The notes under the pieces were generated by a model. It was not told the DNA's origin. It did not search any database and worked only from the letters and a program-made list of their open reading frames with translations. A DNA stretch of 64,000 nucleotides. Source: the human T2T-CHM13v2.0 reference genome, Homo sapiens. The translations under genes were made by a program, and so were the position numbers. The stretch lies in assembly GCF_009914755.1 (NCBI RefSeq), contig NC_060927.1; one strand, given 5' to 3'. Positions 1-14,108 of this stretch are shown here, piece by piece; within the stretch, counting starts at the first letter, position 1; each line of letters starts with the position of its first letter.

Positions 1-72
1 TTGGAATCATGTAGTAGAGCAAGCTTTTATACTTTGTGGTGTAAAAGACTATCACTGCTAGGGTCCTATTAA

Positions 73-202
73 CCCATTTATGCCTGAGGTTGCAATTTTT
101 TGAATGTTTGCAATCAGGCCTTGGCGATGACCTTGAGCACTAGGATATAAATAATTCCCATATGCTCAGCGTTCCAATAATGGAACACTAGGAATAAATT
201 GC
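73..202. mobile_element. MER85 piggyBac (PGBD3-derived) non-autonomous MITE
   Basis: TTAA (69-72) followed by CCCATTTATGCCTGAGGTTGCAATTTTTTG...CTTGGCGATGACCTTGAGCA...GCGTTCCAATAATGGAACACTAGG matches the recalled MER85 consensus. The right TIR and TTAA are degenerate (GGAATAAATTGCTAA). Confidence 0.88.
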
Positions 203-252
203 TAACGAAGGTCTATAATTTAACTGGTTTGTGGTGGTATCTTGTTAATGGT

Positions 253-312
253 ATATATATAAACATACATATATATATGTGTGTGTGTGGAGATATGTAT
301 ATTATATATATA
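253..312. repeat. (TA)n/(TG)n compound microsatellite at an Alu tail
   Basis: tatatatat...atatatatgtgtgtgtgtg...tatatata. Confidence 0.75.
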
Positions 313-313
313 A

Positions 314-595
<282 letters not shown>

Positions 596-1261
596 AATAT
601 TTTTAAAGCTACTCTGTAGTTGAGAATCATTGTATTGGAGTTCAAACATATAAAGTTCCTCTAGTATTTTGCAAACTTCAATTTGACTTCATTTTTTGTC
701 ATCCACAAAGCACCTGTTCAGTGAATTACACTCATTTTATTTTTGAAGCTGATTATTCATATACAACTTTTTTATCTTTACCATATTTGGAAGTTCTACA
801 ATGAAATAAGTAATAACATGACAAAAGTGTAATCAATATTTTAATATATATTTTAGGAAGCCCAATATATTTTATTTCTTAACTGACCCCAACAACTGCA
901 CCATTCTTACTTCCCACTTCTTCTAAAAAAAGAGGGGAATATAATTTACATTAATATAGCAAATTGAATTTTTGACCATTTCTTTCATTTTGTCTTAATT
1001 GTCTATCATTGCAAAAGATTTGGCTGGCAGCTGGAATCTGTTGATTAATGTGCAACACCGCTAGCATTATTACCCACATTTCAATATTGCGTGGCTTTTT
1101 AAATAAGAGTAATAGTTGTAAAAGTTTTACCTCTTAATAATGATTGAATGCAGATAACTCCAGACTGTCCAGAATTTCTCAGAGTTCACGAGATGAGGTG
1201 AAATGAATCTACCGTTATTATTAACAGCACCTAGAATCGCCATCTACAATTATGAATCAGT

Positions 1262-1470
1262 AATGCGGAATGGTTAAGAAAATAAACTCTTATGTTGGAT
1301 GTATGTGGCCAACTTCTAGCTCTATCATTTAAATTCTCTTGTCCCTAAACGTTTTTATTATCTCAGTATCTCACATTTTTCTCCTATAAAATTAGGGTAA
1401 TGGCAATCATCTCATTCAAAAGATAAATAGTATACAGACATAGTGAGTGCTCAATGAGTTAGTTATTATT
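1262..1470 (+). mobile_element. MIR SINE fragment
   Basis: aatggttaagaa...ttttctcctataaaattagggtaat...atagtgagtgctcaatgagttagttatt resembles the MIR core and tail. Confidence 0.6.
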
Positions 1471-4389
1471 TGATGAATAGTATTGATGTGGATTTCTTTC
1501 ATATTCAGGTTAGACCTACGTGAAATACTCTAACACCTTAATTGAAATACTATCTTCAATGAATCCTTTTTTCTCTTTTTCACGTCAAGGAATGTAATTC
1601 ATCAACATATATTTCCACATATATAGCATTTCTATATATGTGCTTTGCAATTTATTAAGCATCTTCAGTGTGTTAAGAGTTGGTAACTTCATCAGAGACT
1701 CTGCACCTATTTAACCAAAATCATATACAAAGACCTCAAATAATGTTTGTAGCTTTAATTTTCCTATTTGAAATGCCCCCACTGCAATATATTGAAATTA
1801 TGTAAATAAATGGAGCTCAAGAACCCGCTGGCACCTGGAAAGGTTTATATCAATGTGTTCAGAATGGTTATGTTGTGGAGAATGTTATGGGTATTTTAAG
1901 TTTTCTTCTTTTGTCTTATGTTTATCTTCTGAATATTCTTAAATAAATTATTTTTAATTAGTAACGTATTACCTTCACTTGACATTGTAATTTTTTTTAT
2001 TATAATGCCACCTAAATGTTCTCTGTAAAGTGATTAAAAGCACATAATTTTGAAATGTAAATAGTATTTACACTTACAGTAAATTTTAAACTAATAGAAA
2101 ATAGTACATTAATCCAAACAAGAGTGCGCAGCCAGGTAGAATATAATTAATAGAAAATGAAAATATTATATCTAGTTATCTGTTAAAAGCATAGCCTTAT
2201 AATTTACCATATAATACATAAAGCACTTCCTTACTGCTAATAGAATTCAGTACAGTATTTATTAACCTCATCGAAATCTCACTGTCCATCTAAATGAAAG
2301 AAATAATAATAAGCTTACATAATCCCTTTTTCTTTGTATACCTAAATATATTTTTTGAAATTCTGTTGAAAAAGTAAAAACAACTGTTTGGGAGCTTAGA
2401 TATAGATCTTGATATTAATTTGATATATATCCAGTGAATATACTAAGAGCTAATTTAATGTTCAAAGTTTGAAGGGACAATGTCTTGTGAGTATGAAAAC
2501 TTAAAATGCTCAACCAAAGATTTAAAAATAATCTTATGTCTGAGCACAGAATTTGGGGGGAGACATAACACCTAAAAGCTGTCACTAGGCTCTTTTTAGG
2601 ACTTTGATTTTATCACATGAAGTGGGCATTTGTTCCAAATTAATTGCTTCTTTCAGTTTTTATTCAATGCCAGTGTATTTTATGTCTCCCTTGCTTTCAG
2701 GGTTTAAAAACGGTGAAAAGTATAATAGACTACTTTGGATAAGATTCAAACCTTTTGGCAGACTCCTAAGTAACAAGAGCCAGTACTTAATCAAATAGTA
2801 TATTTTAGTCCCTACTTTTTTTTTTCAAGCTTTGAATCAATGTTGTTTAATCTAACTGCCCATCCATCTCTTGTGTAAACTTTTATTGCTTTTTAAGTGA
2901 TAATATGTTGTGAAGAAAATAGAACCTATCAGTAATATATATGCTCTTTTCTTAGAGTATTTCTATTTCCAAAATTTATTTCTTCTCATGTCAATATTTT
3001 CCATTGTGCCATAGAAAGCAAACTGTGAAATAGTTTTCTCTTTTTTTATCCACACTATGAACGCTTTTCAAAGTTAATCTTTGAGATATTTCTTAAAATA
3101 AACATTTTATTACAGGTAAGATTTTTTTGTCTGAATATTTATATATATGTATTCTTGGACTATATATACATATATATGCATATGTGTATGTCTTTAAAAA
3201 TATGCTAATTTCTATTTTTCACATCTCTAAACCTGATTTTTTAACCAACAGGCACATTTCCTGTTCCAGATAGATATAGTATAGACAGGGTGAGATGAAG
3301 CAGAAAAGCTTCACAGATGCTTGTCAGGACTCAAAACTTTTGGTATAAAAAAATGTCAGTTTTGGTATTGCAACCCCAAGGACATGAGGTCCACTGTGAT
3401 TAATCACATGACTATCTCTTGTAGTATCCTGCTGGGATACTGTTTCCACAGTATTGAAAGGCAAACCTAGCAAAGGTCTTCAGACGAAATCTGTACAAAG
3501 TCTAATGATGTATTTTTTCTTATAATAAAATTCATCCACATGTATCTCCCAAACAAATCCTATGCCTACTTTATATTGATTATGAAGTATTGCTAATCAT
3601 TTAACACAATTTAGGAGAGTTATTTTAACATAGACACAATTTTTTCTGCTTATTACATTTATGTTGCCTACTAAAGAATTAATAATGAATTAAATTGGGA
3701 AGAGATTGGTTCATTTTAGTGAAAAATGTTAAAGCCCAAGATGTAAGCCTGTTTCTAAAGTACTTTATTGAATCCATGTATTTGTCTGTGAGGTTAAAAG
3801 TACATATATATAAGTTATTTAGATAATCATGAGCTTCAATATTATTTTCTACTGAGGTCTTGTGTAAGTATGCTTATAATTCCTATCAAAAGTTTGGAAT
3901 TGATAATAGTGCTTATAATACTATATACTCTTCAGGTAGAATACATGAGTGAAAAGATAATATCTATATTCTATAAGTGTATTCTCAATATTACTGCACA
4001 GTATAAATCAACTATGACAAAGTAAAGGTCACTAAAGCACAGCATCTGAACCAATACAAAACTGCTTTCAACTATTGTGACTGAAAATGATGCACCAACT
4101 CATAGATTTCAAAACTGCTTGCCAAAATAAATAGTTTGTGCCTGAGCTGGGTCAAATTCACTATCTCCAAATAATTTCTAACAAAAAGTACATTTAGAAA
4201 TCTGATTCTTTGACAAACGAAAGTTGAAATTCTTTCTTTTATAATTTAGCAATCATTTCAATCCTAAATATACTGTTGATCCTAATTAAACCAAGCACAC
4301 AATATGCAAATAATTCCATATTTAAATGCAATTAGTAAATTAAACCACCTCATAAACATAAAGCACTCATTATATATATATATATAAAA

Positions 4390-4674
<285 letters not shown>

Positions 4675-4809
4675 AATTTACATAATTTTAAAAATTGGTA
4701 TGTACCTTTTATAGAGAATTATTTTCAAATTACTACAGTAGAATATATGACAATAATATAATATTGCTAACTATATGTAATATATATAATATATAATGCT
4801 AACTATAAT

Positions 4810-4985
4810 TGTGCATTGTGATAGTCACTGGTCTCTTAGGTGCTTTACGTAATTTAATCTCACAAAGAACACATAGAAAACATTTTAATTTCTATTTTCT
4901 GTGAAGAAATTAAGACTTAGAGAATTTAAAGAACTTGCACAAGGGTATATAAAAGTTTGGATTCAAGATTTGAATTACCTGTCCT
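4810..4985 (-). mobile_element. MIR fragment
   Basis: gtgctttacgtaatttaatctcac...tattttctgtgaagaaattaagacttagagaatttaaagaacttgcacaagg is an antisense MIR core. Confidence 0.6.
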
Positions 4986-5554
4986 TAAAACTACCTACCT
5001 AAATAACTGATTAAACCCATCTTATGGCCACAGTCCCCTCTAGAAACTATCTTCTCCTCTAATTCCACTTAAAAAGATAATTTTCCAAGAGACTTTTTTA
5101 TAAAGCCTCATTTTCAATTATTTTAAAAATGTTTATTTATAAAATATAAACAGACAAAGAAATATGAAACATAATATAAAGGAAGACTAACACATTGCAT
5201 TACACGATAATATACATAGTAATACAAATACTGATAGCAACAACACCAAACTCAAAGGACAAAACATTACAAATGGAAATAAGGCTCCATATAAATGTGT
5301 CCTTGATCACAGTACCTTTCCTATGCCTACTCCAGAGATACCTGGACTGCTAAATTTGGTGTTTGATAGCATGTATGCTCTTATGGTATTTCTACATTAT
5401 GCTGGTTTTTTCCTCTGGGGAGTAGACACCAAAGTAGAGTTAGAAGGAAGTGTAATAGTCAAATTAGGGTTAACACTTATGAAACATAAAGAGAGAGAGC
5501 AGGAAAAGGTCAATTATTACAATATCGCATTTTCTTCAGAATTACCTTGGCTAT

Positions 5555-8500
5555 CTGTATTTGACATTTGCATGTCTTCTTTGGTAAAATGTCTATTCAG
5601 ATGTTTTGCACTTTTTAAATTGAGATTTCACTTTCTTATTGTTAGCTTCAAGTGTTCTTTCTTATATATTTTGAATGTAAGTCCTGTGTTAGTCCATTCT
5701 CACACTGCTTTAAAGACATAACTGAGACAGGGTAATTTAGAAAGAAAATAGGTTTAACTGACTCACAGTTCCACAGGCTGTACAGGAAGTATGGCTGGGG
5801 AGGCTTCAGGAAACTTACAATCATAGTGGAAGGGTAAAGGAGAAGCAAGCACCTTCTTCAGATGGCAGAACAGGAGAGAAAGAGTGAAAGAAGAAGCACT
5901 ACACACTTTTAAGCAACTAGATCTCATGAGAACTCATTCACTATCAGAAGAACAGCAAGGGGGAAGTATGCCCCCATGATTCGATCACCTCACACCAAGC
6001 CCCTCCCCTGACACATGGGGATTACAATTCAACATGAGATTTGGGTGAGGACACAGAGCCAAACCATATCATTCCATCTCTGGCCCCTCTCTTACCTCCT
6101 GTCCTTCTCATATTCATGCCTTCCAAACAGTCCCCCAAAGTCTTAACTTATTCCAGTATTTACTCAAAAGCACAAGTGCAAAGTCTGATCTGAGACAAGG
6201 CAAGTAATTTCTGCCTATGAACCTGTAAAATGAAAAACAAGTTAGTTGCTTCCAATATACAATGCAGGCACAGGAATATTGGGTAAATATTCCCATTCCA
6301 ACAGGGATAAATTGGCCAAAACAAAGGGGCTAGACACCCTATGCAAGTCCAAAACTCAGCAGGGCAGTCATTCAATCTTAAAGCTCCCAAATAAGTACCT
6401 TTGTCTCTGTGTCTCACAACCAGGGCATGCTGATGCAAAGGGTGGGCTCCCATAGCCTTGGCAAACACCACCACCCCTGTGGCTTTTCAGGGTACAGCCT
6501 GCTCCCAGATGCTTTCATGGACTGGCATTGAGTGTCTGAGGCATTTCCCTGGTGCACAGTGTAAGCTTTCAGTGGATTTACCATTCTGGTGTCTGGAGGA
6601 CGGTGGCCCTCTTTTCACAGCTCCACTGGGCAGTGCCCCAGTGGGGACTCTGTATGTGGGCTTCAAACCCACAATTCCCTTCTCCGTGGCTGGGGAGTCC
6701 TCAGGAAAATTACAGTCATGGTGGAAGGGCCAAGGTGAAGCAAGCACCTTCTTGACATGGCAGAACAAGAGAGTGAACAGGAAAGTGTTGCACACTTTTA
6801 AACAATCAGATGTTGTGGTTCTCATGCACTACCAGGAGAACAGCAAGGGGGAAATCCATTCCCATAAGTGATTCACCTTTCACTAGACCCCTCCTTCAAC
6901 ATGTGGAGATTACAATTTGACATGAGATTTGGGTAGGGACACAGAGCCAAACCATATCAAGTCCCTTAACAGATACATGTTCTGCAAGGACTTTCTTCCA
7001 GTCTACAGCTTGTCTTTTAATTCTCTCAACAGTGCTTTTTGTAGTACATAAGTTTATAATTTTAATAAAGTCTAATATATCAATTTTTCTTTCATGGATA
7101 AAGATTTTGGTGTTGTATGTAAAAACTCCATGAAAAATCCAAGGTTACCTAGATTTTTACTGTATTGTTTCTACATGTTTTCATAGTTTTGGATTTTAAA
7201 TTTTGTTTCTCCAGTTTGAGTTAATTTTTCTGAAAGGTGTGAGGTAGAAGTCTAGTGTCATGCTTTTGTACACAGATGTCCAATTTTTTGGAAAATTATA
7301 TTTTTTCCATTGAATTGCCTTGCTCATATGTCAAAGATAGACTGGCTATACATGTAGGAATCTGTTCTGGTTCGTTGATCTATGTGTCTATCTTTTGCCA
7401 TTACCATGCTTGTCTTAGATACTTAACTTTATAGTAAGTCTTAAAATATGGTAGCGTCAGTCCTCTCCATCTTTTATTTTACATCAGTATTGGGTTGGCT
7501 ATACTATGTCTTTTTCCTTTCCGTATTAACTTTACAATGACTTTGTCAATATCCCCAATATGACTTGATGTATTATTGATGGGGTTTGTGTTGTATCTGT
7601 AGATCAAGATGGAAAGCATTGACATATTAACAAATTGTTTTTACCAATATATGAACATGGAATATCTTCATTTAGATTTTCTTCATTTTGTTTCATCAGA
7701 GTTTTATAGTTTTTATAGACTTTTTTAGATGTATAACTAAATACATCATTGTAAGTGCTATGTTATTTAAAAACTCAAATTTCAGTAATCTATTGCTGGT
7801 ATATATGGCAAAAATGACTGTTATATTAATGTTTTATTTGTGATTTTGATAAACTCATATATTAGTTCTAGGTGGGTTGTTTTGGGATTTTGGGGGGGCA
7901 GTTTTGGGGAATTTTTATACACATAATCATTCATTTGCAAACACAGGCAGTTTTGTCTTCCTTCCTAATCTTCATACCTTTATTTTACTTTCTTATCTTA
8001 TTGCATTAGCTAGAACTTCCAGTAGGATATTAATTAGGAGCGGTGAATGAAGACATCCTTGCTTTGTTTCCAGTCTTAGGGAAAACCACCCAGTATCTCA
8101 TCACAAAGTCTCATATTATTTCTAGGCTTTGTAGGTGCTTTTTAGAAAATGATGAATATTTTTTCTAGCATTAATTTTCCAAAAATTTTTACTGCGGATG
8201 GTGTTGGATATAGTCAAATCTTTTTCTGCCTTAATAATATGAACATATAATTTTGGTTCTTTACCATGTTGTTGTGGTAAGTCCATTAATTAATTTTCAA
8301 ATGTTGAATTAGCTTTGCATACCTGGAATAAAGCTCAGTTTGTCATAAGGCGTAATTCTTTTTATACATTATTACATACAATGTACTAATATTTTCTTGA
8401 GGATTTACATATATATATATTCATGAAAGATATTGATGTGTAGTTTTCTCTAATTGTGTTGTCTTTATTAAGATAATGCTGACCTCACTGAATGAGATAG

Positions 8501-10380
8501 GAAATATTCCTCTACTTATATTCTCTGAAAGTGATTTGGGGAATCGATATCACTTCCTATTTATACATTTGATAGAATTTGCCAGTAAAAATATATAGGC
8601 CCATGCTCTATATTTTATGATATTATTAATTATTGATTCAATTTATTTAATAACTATTGTCCTATTGAGATTATCTATTTCTCTTATGGGAGTTTTGGTA
8701 GAGTGGTTGAAGAAATTGATTCATCTATGTTATGATATTTATGATATATGTGGGATAGAGTTGTTCACAGTATTCCTTATTATCTTTTAATATCATGAAA
8801 TCAGTAGTAATGACCACTCTTTCATTTCTAATATTTGTAATTTGTGTCTTCTCACTTTTGTTTGGTTAGCCTGGCTAGAGTTTTATCAATTTAATTTCAA
8901 AAAAACTTCAAAACAATTTATCAATACATTTCAAAAACCTAGTTGCATTTCATTGTTTTTCTCTATTGATTTCCTGTTTTTAATTTTATTGTTTTCTGTT
9001 CTAATTATTTCTTCTGTGTTTCTTCTACTTCCTTTAGTACTACATTCTTTTCTTTAGTTTCCTTAGAAGGAAGCTGTGTTATACTTTTAGAGTTTTTGCT
9101 TTTTCTCATATGTGTATTTAATAGCATAAATATTTCTTTAAACACGACTTTCACTCTTCTAACAAATTTTAATAATTTCTATTAATTTTTATTTAGTACA
9201 ACATTCTTAAAATTTATTTGAGAGATTTTTGACCCGTTTTTATATAAAGTATGTTGTTTTATCCTTAAATATTTGGAAATATTCCAACTATCATTCATTT
9301 ACTGATTTCTAGTTTAATTCCACTGTGGTCTGAGAGCATATTTTGTACAATTTCTATTATTTTAAATTTGTTAAGCTGTGTTTCATGATTCAGAATGTAA
9401 TTTATCTGGGTGAATTTCCACATGAGACAGTAAAGAATGTGTATTCTGTTATTGCTTTATGGAGTACCTTATAAATGTCAATTATATCAAATTGATTGAT
9501 AGAGTTCTTCAGGTCAACTTTATCCTTACTGATTTTCTACCTCCTTGATCTATCAATTGCTGAAAGAGGAGTGTTAAAGTCTTCAACCGTAGTAGTAAAT
9601 TTTTCTACATCAGTGTTCAATTCTATCAATTTTTGTCTTTTGACGACCCTAAGAGCTCTTCCTTATATACAGTTTGAGTCTTGCAGTTCTTCCAGCTATA
9701 ATCCATTTTTATTATACTTTATGCGATGGTAAGTACTAGGTAGTGAAGGAAAGTGCTTTATAATCTTATGATTAAATCTCAGTCCTTTAGTATGCTTGTG
9801 TCCCTGGGCTATGTTTCTCACAACAGGTTTGTTGTTGTTGTTGTTTGTTTGTCTGTTTTAACTCTCCCCTCCTCCACCACCACACATACCCTTAAGTGAG
9901 ACAAGAAGGCTAGAAGGGACTAGAGTTGGGTAAATTGCCTTTTCTGCTAGGTGGCATAAGGCTCTGGAAGAGAAGGGGATTGTTCTTAGCTCTGCATTTT
10001 GAGAACTTTGTGAGTTTCCTGAATGTAAAACCCACCAGAATGTGGGGGTTCCCCTAAGATTATGACTTTCAGAGGTTTCTCACTCTCAAGAATGTCCACA
10101 CTCAGTCTCCACCAACTTGTCTATATTTTAACTTGTCTATATTTAAACATTTCTAACAATTCTGCCTCTAGCAGCATCCTCCCTAGGTAAGTGGTTCCCA
10201 ACTGTATTTCTGTGTATTTGCCTGTCTCTCCAGATTTCAGAGTGGTGATTTGCCCTGTAACCTCGGTTCTCTGATGGGCCCAAGAAATGTTAATTTTACA
10301 TTTCTTCATTTCTTCTATTTTGGTAAAAAATGAAGTAATGACTTCCAAGCTTTTTACATGTCACGGCTGAAACCAGAACT
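5555..10380 (-). mobile_element. Ancient L1M (L1MB/MC-type) relic: ORF2 body (~5555-9640) plus 5'-end region (~9650-10380), interrupted by an MST element
   Basis: Antisense ORF2 hallmarks (agacatccttgctttgtttccagtcttaggg; ataatgctgacctcactgaatgag; ccactgtggtctgagag; aagaatgtgtattctg). Sequence is continuous across the MST insertion (gtaagtcc | agtcccttaacagata). Confidence 0.8.
5685..6959 (-). mobile_element. MSTA-type MaLR element: complete LTR 5685-6071, partial internal 6072-~6685, truncated second LTR ~6686-6959
   Basis: Both LTRs end ACAGAGCCAAACCATATCA (reverse complement of TGATATGGTTTGG). Perfect 5-bp TSD AGTCC at 5680-5684 and 6960-6964. Confidence 0.92.
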
Positions 10381-10449
10381 CTGTTTGTTTGTTTAGTTTT
10401 CAGCATATATGCTAACTATACTTATTAGTTTCTACCTGTTTCATGTTTA

Positions 10450-10680
10450 TTTTTTCAAGAGACCTTACTTTTTAGAGCAGTTTTATGTTCACAGCAGAAT
10501 TTAGCAGAAATTAGAGAGATTTCCTATATACCCCCTACCCAACACATGCATAGCCTCCACCATTATCAATATCCCCTACCAGAGTGGTACATTTGTTACA
10601 ACTGATGAGCCTATGTTGACATGTCATTATCACCCAGCTTCTATAGTTTCTATCAGAGTTCACTCACTCTTGGTGTGATA
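10450..10680 (-). mobile_element. L1MC1-like 3' end fragment
   Basis: tttttagagcagttttatgttcacagcagaatttagcagaaa...ccagagtggtacatttgttacaactgatgagcctatgttgaca; paralogous to 62310-62660. Confidence 0.8.
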
Positions 10681-10904
10681 TATGTTTTTGAATGTTACTA
10701 TACATGGTACATTGTTTTTTATTTCCAATTGTTCATTACTAGTATATAGGAATAAAGTTGATTATAAAAACCCCAGGAGAAATTTTAAAAATGTGGATGT
10801 AGCTGATCCACAAAGAAGTTTTTAGAAAATATATGTCTATCAATATGTATCTATAGATATGTACATAAAGAGAAGGGGATTCTCAGAATAAAGAACACCT
10901 TATA

Positions 10905-11070
10905 GATTATCTAATTTAATCTTTACAACTCTGTGAGGAGAGTATAATTATGCCTATGATTATAATTATTATATTCACAGTTTGTAGATGATGAGACTAT
11001 TGCAAAAAACATTAAGTAATGACTAGGTAGTTACAGATAACAGACATGCATTTGTAGTTTCAAATCTCAT
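10905..11070 (-). mobile_element. MIR fragment
   Basis: atctaatttaatctttacaactctgtgagg...tttgtagatgatgagact. Confidence 0.5.
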
Positions 11071-14051
11071 ACATAAGATTTGTTAGATTTGAAGGGCTGA
11101 CCAAACATTGAAGCATTCCAGCCATAGCTTGGATTTACAATAATAGAAAATATAAGCCTGGAAAAGAGGCATGGCCTGATTCTCTAAGGTTTTAGGATGC
11201 CTGAGTAAGAAATTTGGACTTTATTAAATCCAAACTTGGATCCAATGAAACACATTAAAAATGAGAGTTACTTAAAGCATCTCGGTAGCAAGATCGATCT
11301 GACAAAAGAGTACATGATAAATGAGGGCACTGAAACAAGACAGACAAGAGTGTAGTTAGTGAAATATTGCAGGCATCATTGGAATGTAGCTTTTGATATG
11401 CTATCAGTAGGTGGAACCCACTGGGCTAGAACAATATTTTAGAAGGTATTATAGATTTATATGCAGCAAACTCTCTGTAAGTATATAAATAGAAATTAAA
11501 GTGTTATGAACCACAAGTTTCCATTCTCTAGAACACATAATCATTTCCAAGTAGTAACAGAAGAAATGTTTCCCAGAGTAATTTAGAGATTAATTAACAG
11601 CTTTATAGAGAATTTACTTTTGTTTTCATCCTTATAAATATCTGGTATTTGTCAAGGTTATTTAGAAGTCACACAGATAAATATTGGTTTTCTACAAGTA
11701 CAATTGGATATTCTTAATCCTAGCATATCTTGCTATCTTAATTTTTAAATAATTGGCCTTAAATACCCATTGTAAAGAGTGTTAGCAAATATGCTTTAAT
11801 GATTTTATTATTATCTACTATATAGGAAATTACTTGCAATGATCGATTCTGAGCATACTAACAAACTACCCCAGAGGTCACAAAACAGAAAGTCAGTTTA
11901 TTATAGAACAAATTAAAGTTTATTAAAAATATTTAAAATATGAAGTAAGATGCAAGGGAGGAAGGTGGGGCAGGTTAACATGCTTCAGATAGGTTGTGAG
12001 TGAGAAAAAATACCTGAAACACAAGTTCTGGATACACAACGTACAAACGTCCTGTCTGTTTTTCTCTCCTCCACCATCCTCTTCCTTTCTAATGATACAA
12101 TTTTGAGAATAAAAGCCCAAGTATGTTCAAAGGGGCTCATAGACAAAAGTTACTAGGGGCAAAGATACTCATTTCTCTATCAGAGTGATGCAGAGGTAAG
12201 TAGCTTGCCAATTAGTTAAATGAATAGTCATGGTTTTATCCACCTTCCTTGGGCAGGACATATCTGGGACTATGATAGGACTATGCTAGGTATTACCATT
12301 GGGTGATTTATATAGGGATGAGGTAGCTTTTAGCCTATAGGATGCATTCTCAGTATATGACCTTTCTGTCTTTTTTGATCTTTGTGCAGCACTTCTGTTT
12401 TTTCAGCATACATTGAAATTATTCTTTCCATCTTTAGCATGTTCTGTAGTCTATTAATTATTTACTATTTATTTATATTTAGCTCAGCTTATGAATTCTG
12501 CCTATATATCATGTGTTAATTATTTATTCATTATCTTCTGTTCCAACATACCCTATGAGTTTTGCCTATATCTCATAATCTACCAGCTTATTTATTATCT
12601 TTGCTAATTACTTTTTATGAGATACAATCATGTTATTTGTTTTCTGGTTCTCTAGAGCAGAATTAAGTATTTTCCAATGATAAAGCAAACTCATTACAAT
12701 ATCATATACTACTGTTAATATAGCACCAATTTTAAGAATGAGTTTTCTCAGGACATACAACTGCTAAAATATGTAAGTATCTGGACCATTTGTTTACAAC
12801 AAGTACCAAATAGCTTTAAAATTTCATCCTTGTTAAGCGCTACTTTGGACAAAGAGTTATATCATCTTTTTTATTAGTAAAAAATAGTTATTGATTTCAG
12901 TTGTCATCAACTCTTTAAAAATATAATGCATATACTGTGTTACCTGCAATATTTTATCTTTAGAATTTAAGGTTGGACAGTAAAAATAGTTGGTCCCTTG
13001 GCCAGTGCAAAACAAAATTCACCAGTCTGAAGCCTAGTTAGTATCTGAGAAACTGTAATATAAAAAAGGCTACAAAGTAGATTTTCTATTCACTTTGACA
13101 TATTCAGGCATATTTTACACACTAAGTCTACACGTTCCCTCACCCTTGTTTCTGTATTACCTTTTCATAATGCCTCATTCTCTTGATATTTTCAACACAA
13201 TAAAAGAATTATTGACAACATAGAACTGTGTATTCACTTTAAACTTTTGGAATGATGGCAAAATACAGACTTAAAAAATTTTGAGATATCACTTTCAAAG
13301 ACAGGGGAAGAACTAAAATACAGAGTTCAAAAAAAAAAAAAGAAAAAGAAAGAAATGAAGAAACAAAAGAAGAAAAAGAAGCTAGGTCTGAAATATGAGA
13401 AGGTATAATGAGCAACAACAACCAAAATGTGTAAAAAACATGTGGATTAATGTAAACAATAAGAATAATGCTAAATGTTTGGGGTCAAAACTGTTGGCAC
13501 ACAAATATGAAAGAATCATATCATATAGGCAGAGAAATTTAAAGATATTTTAAAAATATAAATAATAAAAATTCAACATATCACATTTGTTGGATAGATC
13601 TAAGCTGTGCTTAGATTGAAATTATAGCTTTAGATGCTCATATTAAAAAATAAGAGAAAATCCTAAAGTTTACGACATATTGTAGCACCTTAAGAAGCTG
13701 AGAGAAAGAAAACCAAGTATGAGTATGAAAAGAGGAAATAATAAATATTGAAGGAGAAGCCAGTAGAATAGAAAACAAACAAATAATAGAGAGAATTAAC
13801 AGCCAAAAATTGATTTTTGAAAAGTTAGTAAAAAAGGGCAACCATTAGACAGCCAGCCAGACAGCCAGAGAACATGAATTATCAATATCAGAAATGATAG
13901 ATGGAGTATTAATACAGATTCTATAGACATATCATGAACGAATTTGACAACTCAAATAAATGAACAAGTTTCTTGAAAAATTTAAATAATCAAGACCTGA
14001 CATGATATAAACCAGAAAATCTAGATATTATGTCTGTTATAACAAAAACTT

Positions 14052-14108
14052 CACACACACACACACACGCACACACGCACACACACAGAAAGAGAGAGCG
14101 AGAGAGAG
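14052..14108. repeat. (CA)n(GA)n microsatellite
   Basis: Visible directly. Confidence 0.9.

Noticed and set aside
5323-6871. 100-137-aa ORFs
   Set aside because: Chance frames across L1M and MST sequence.
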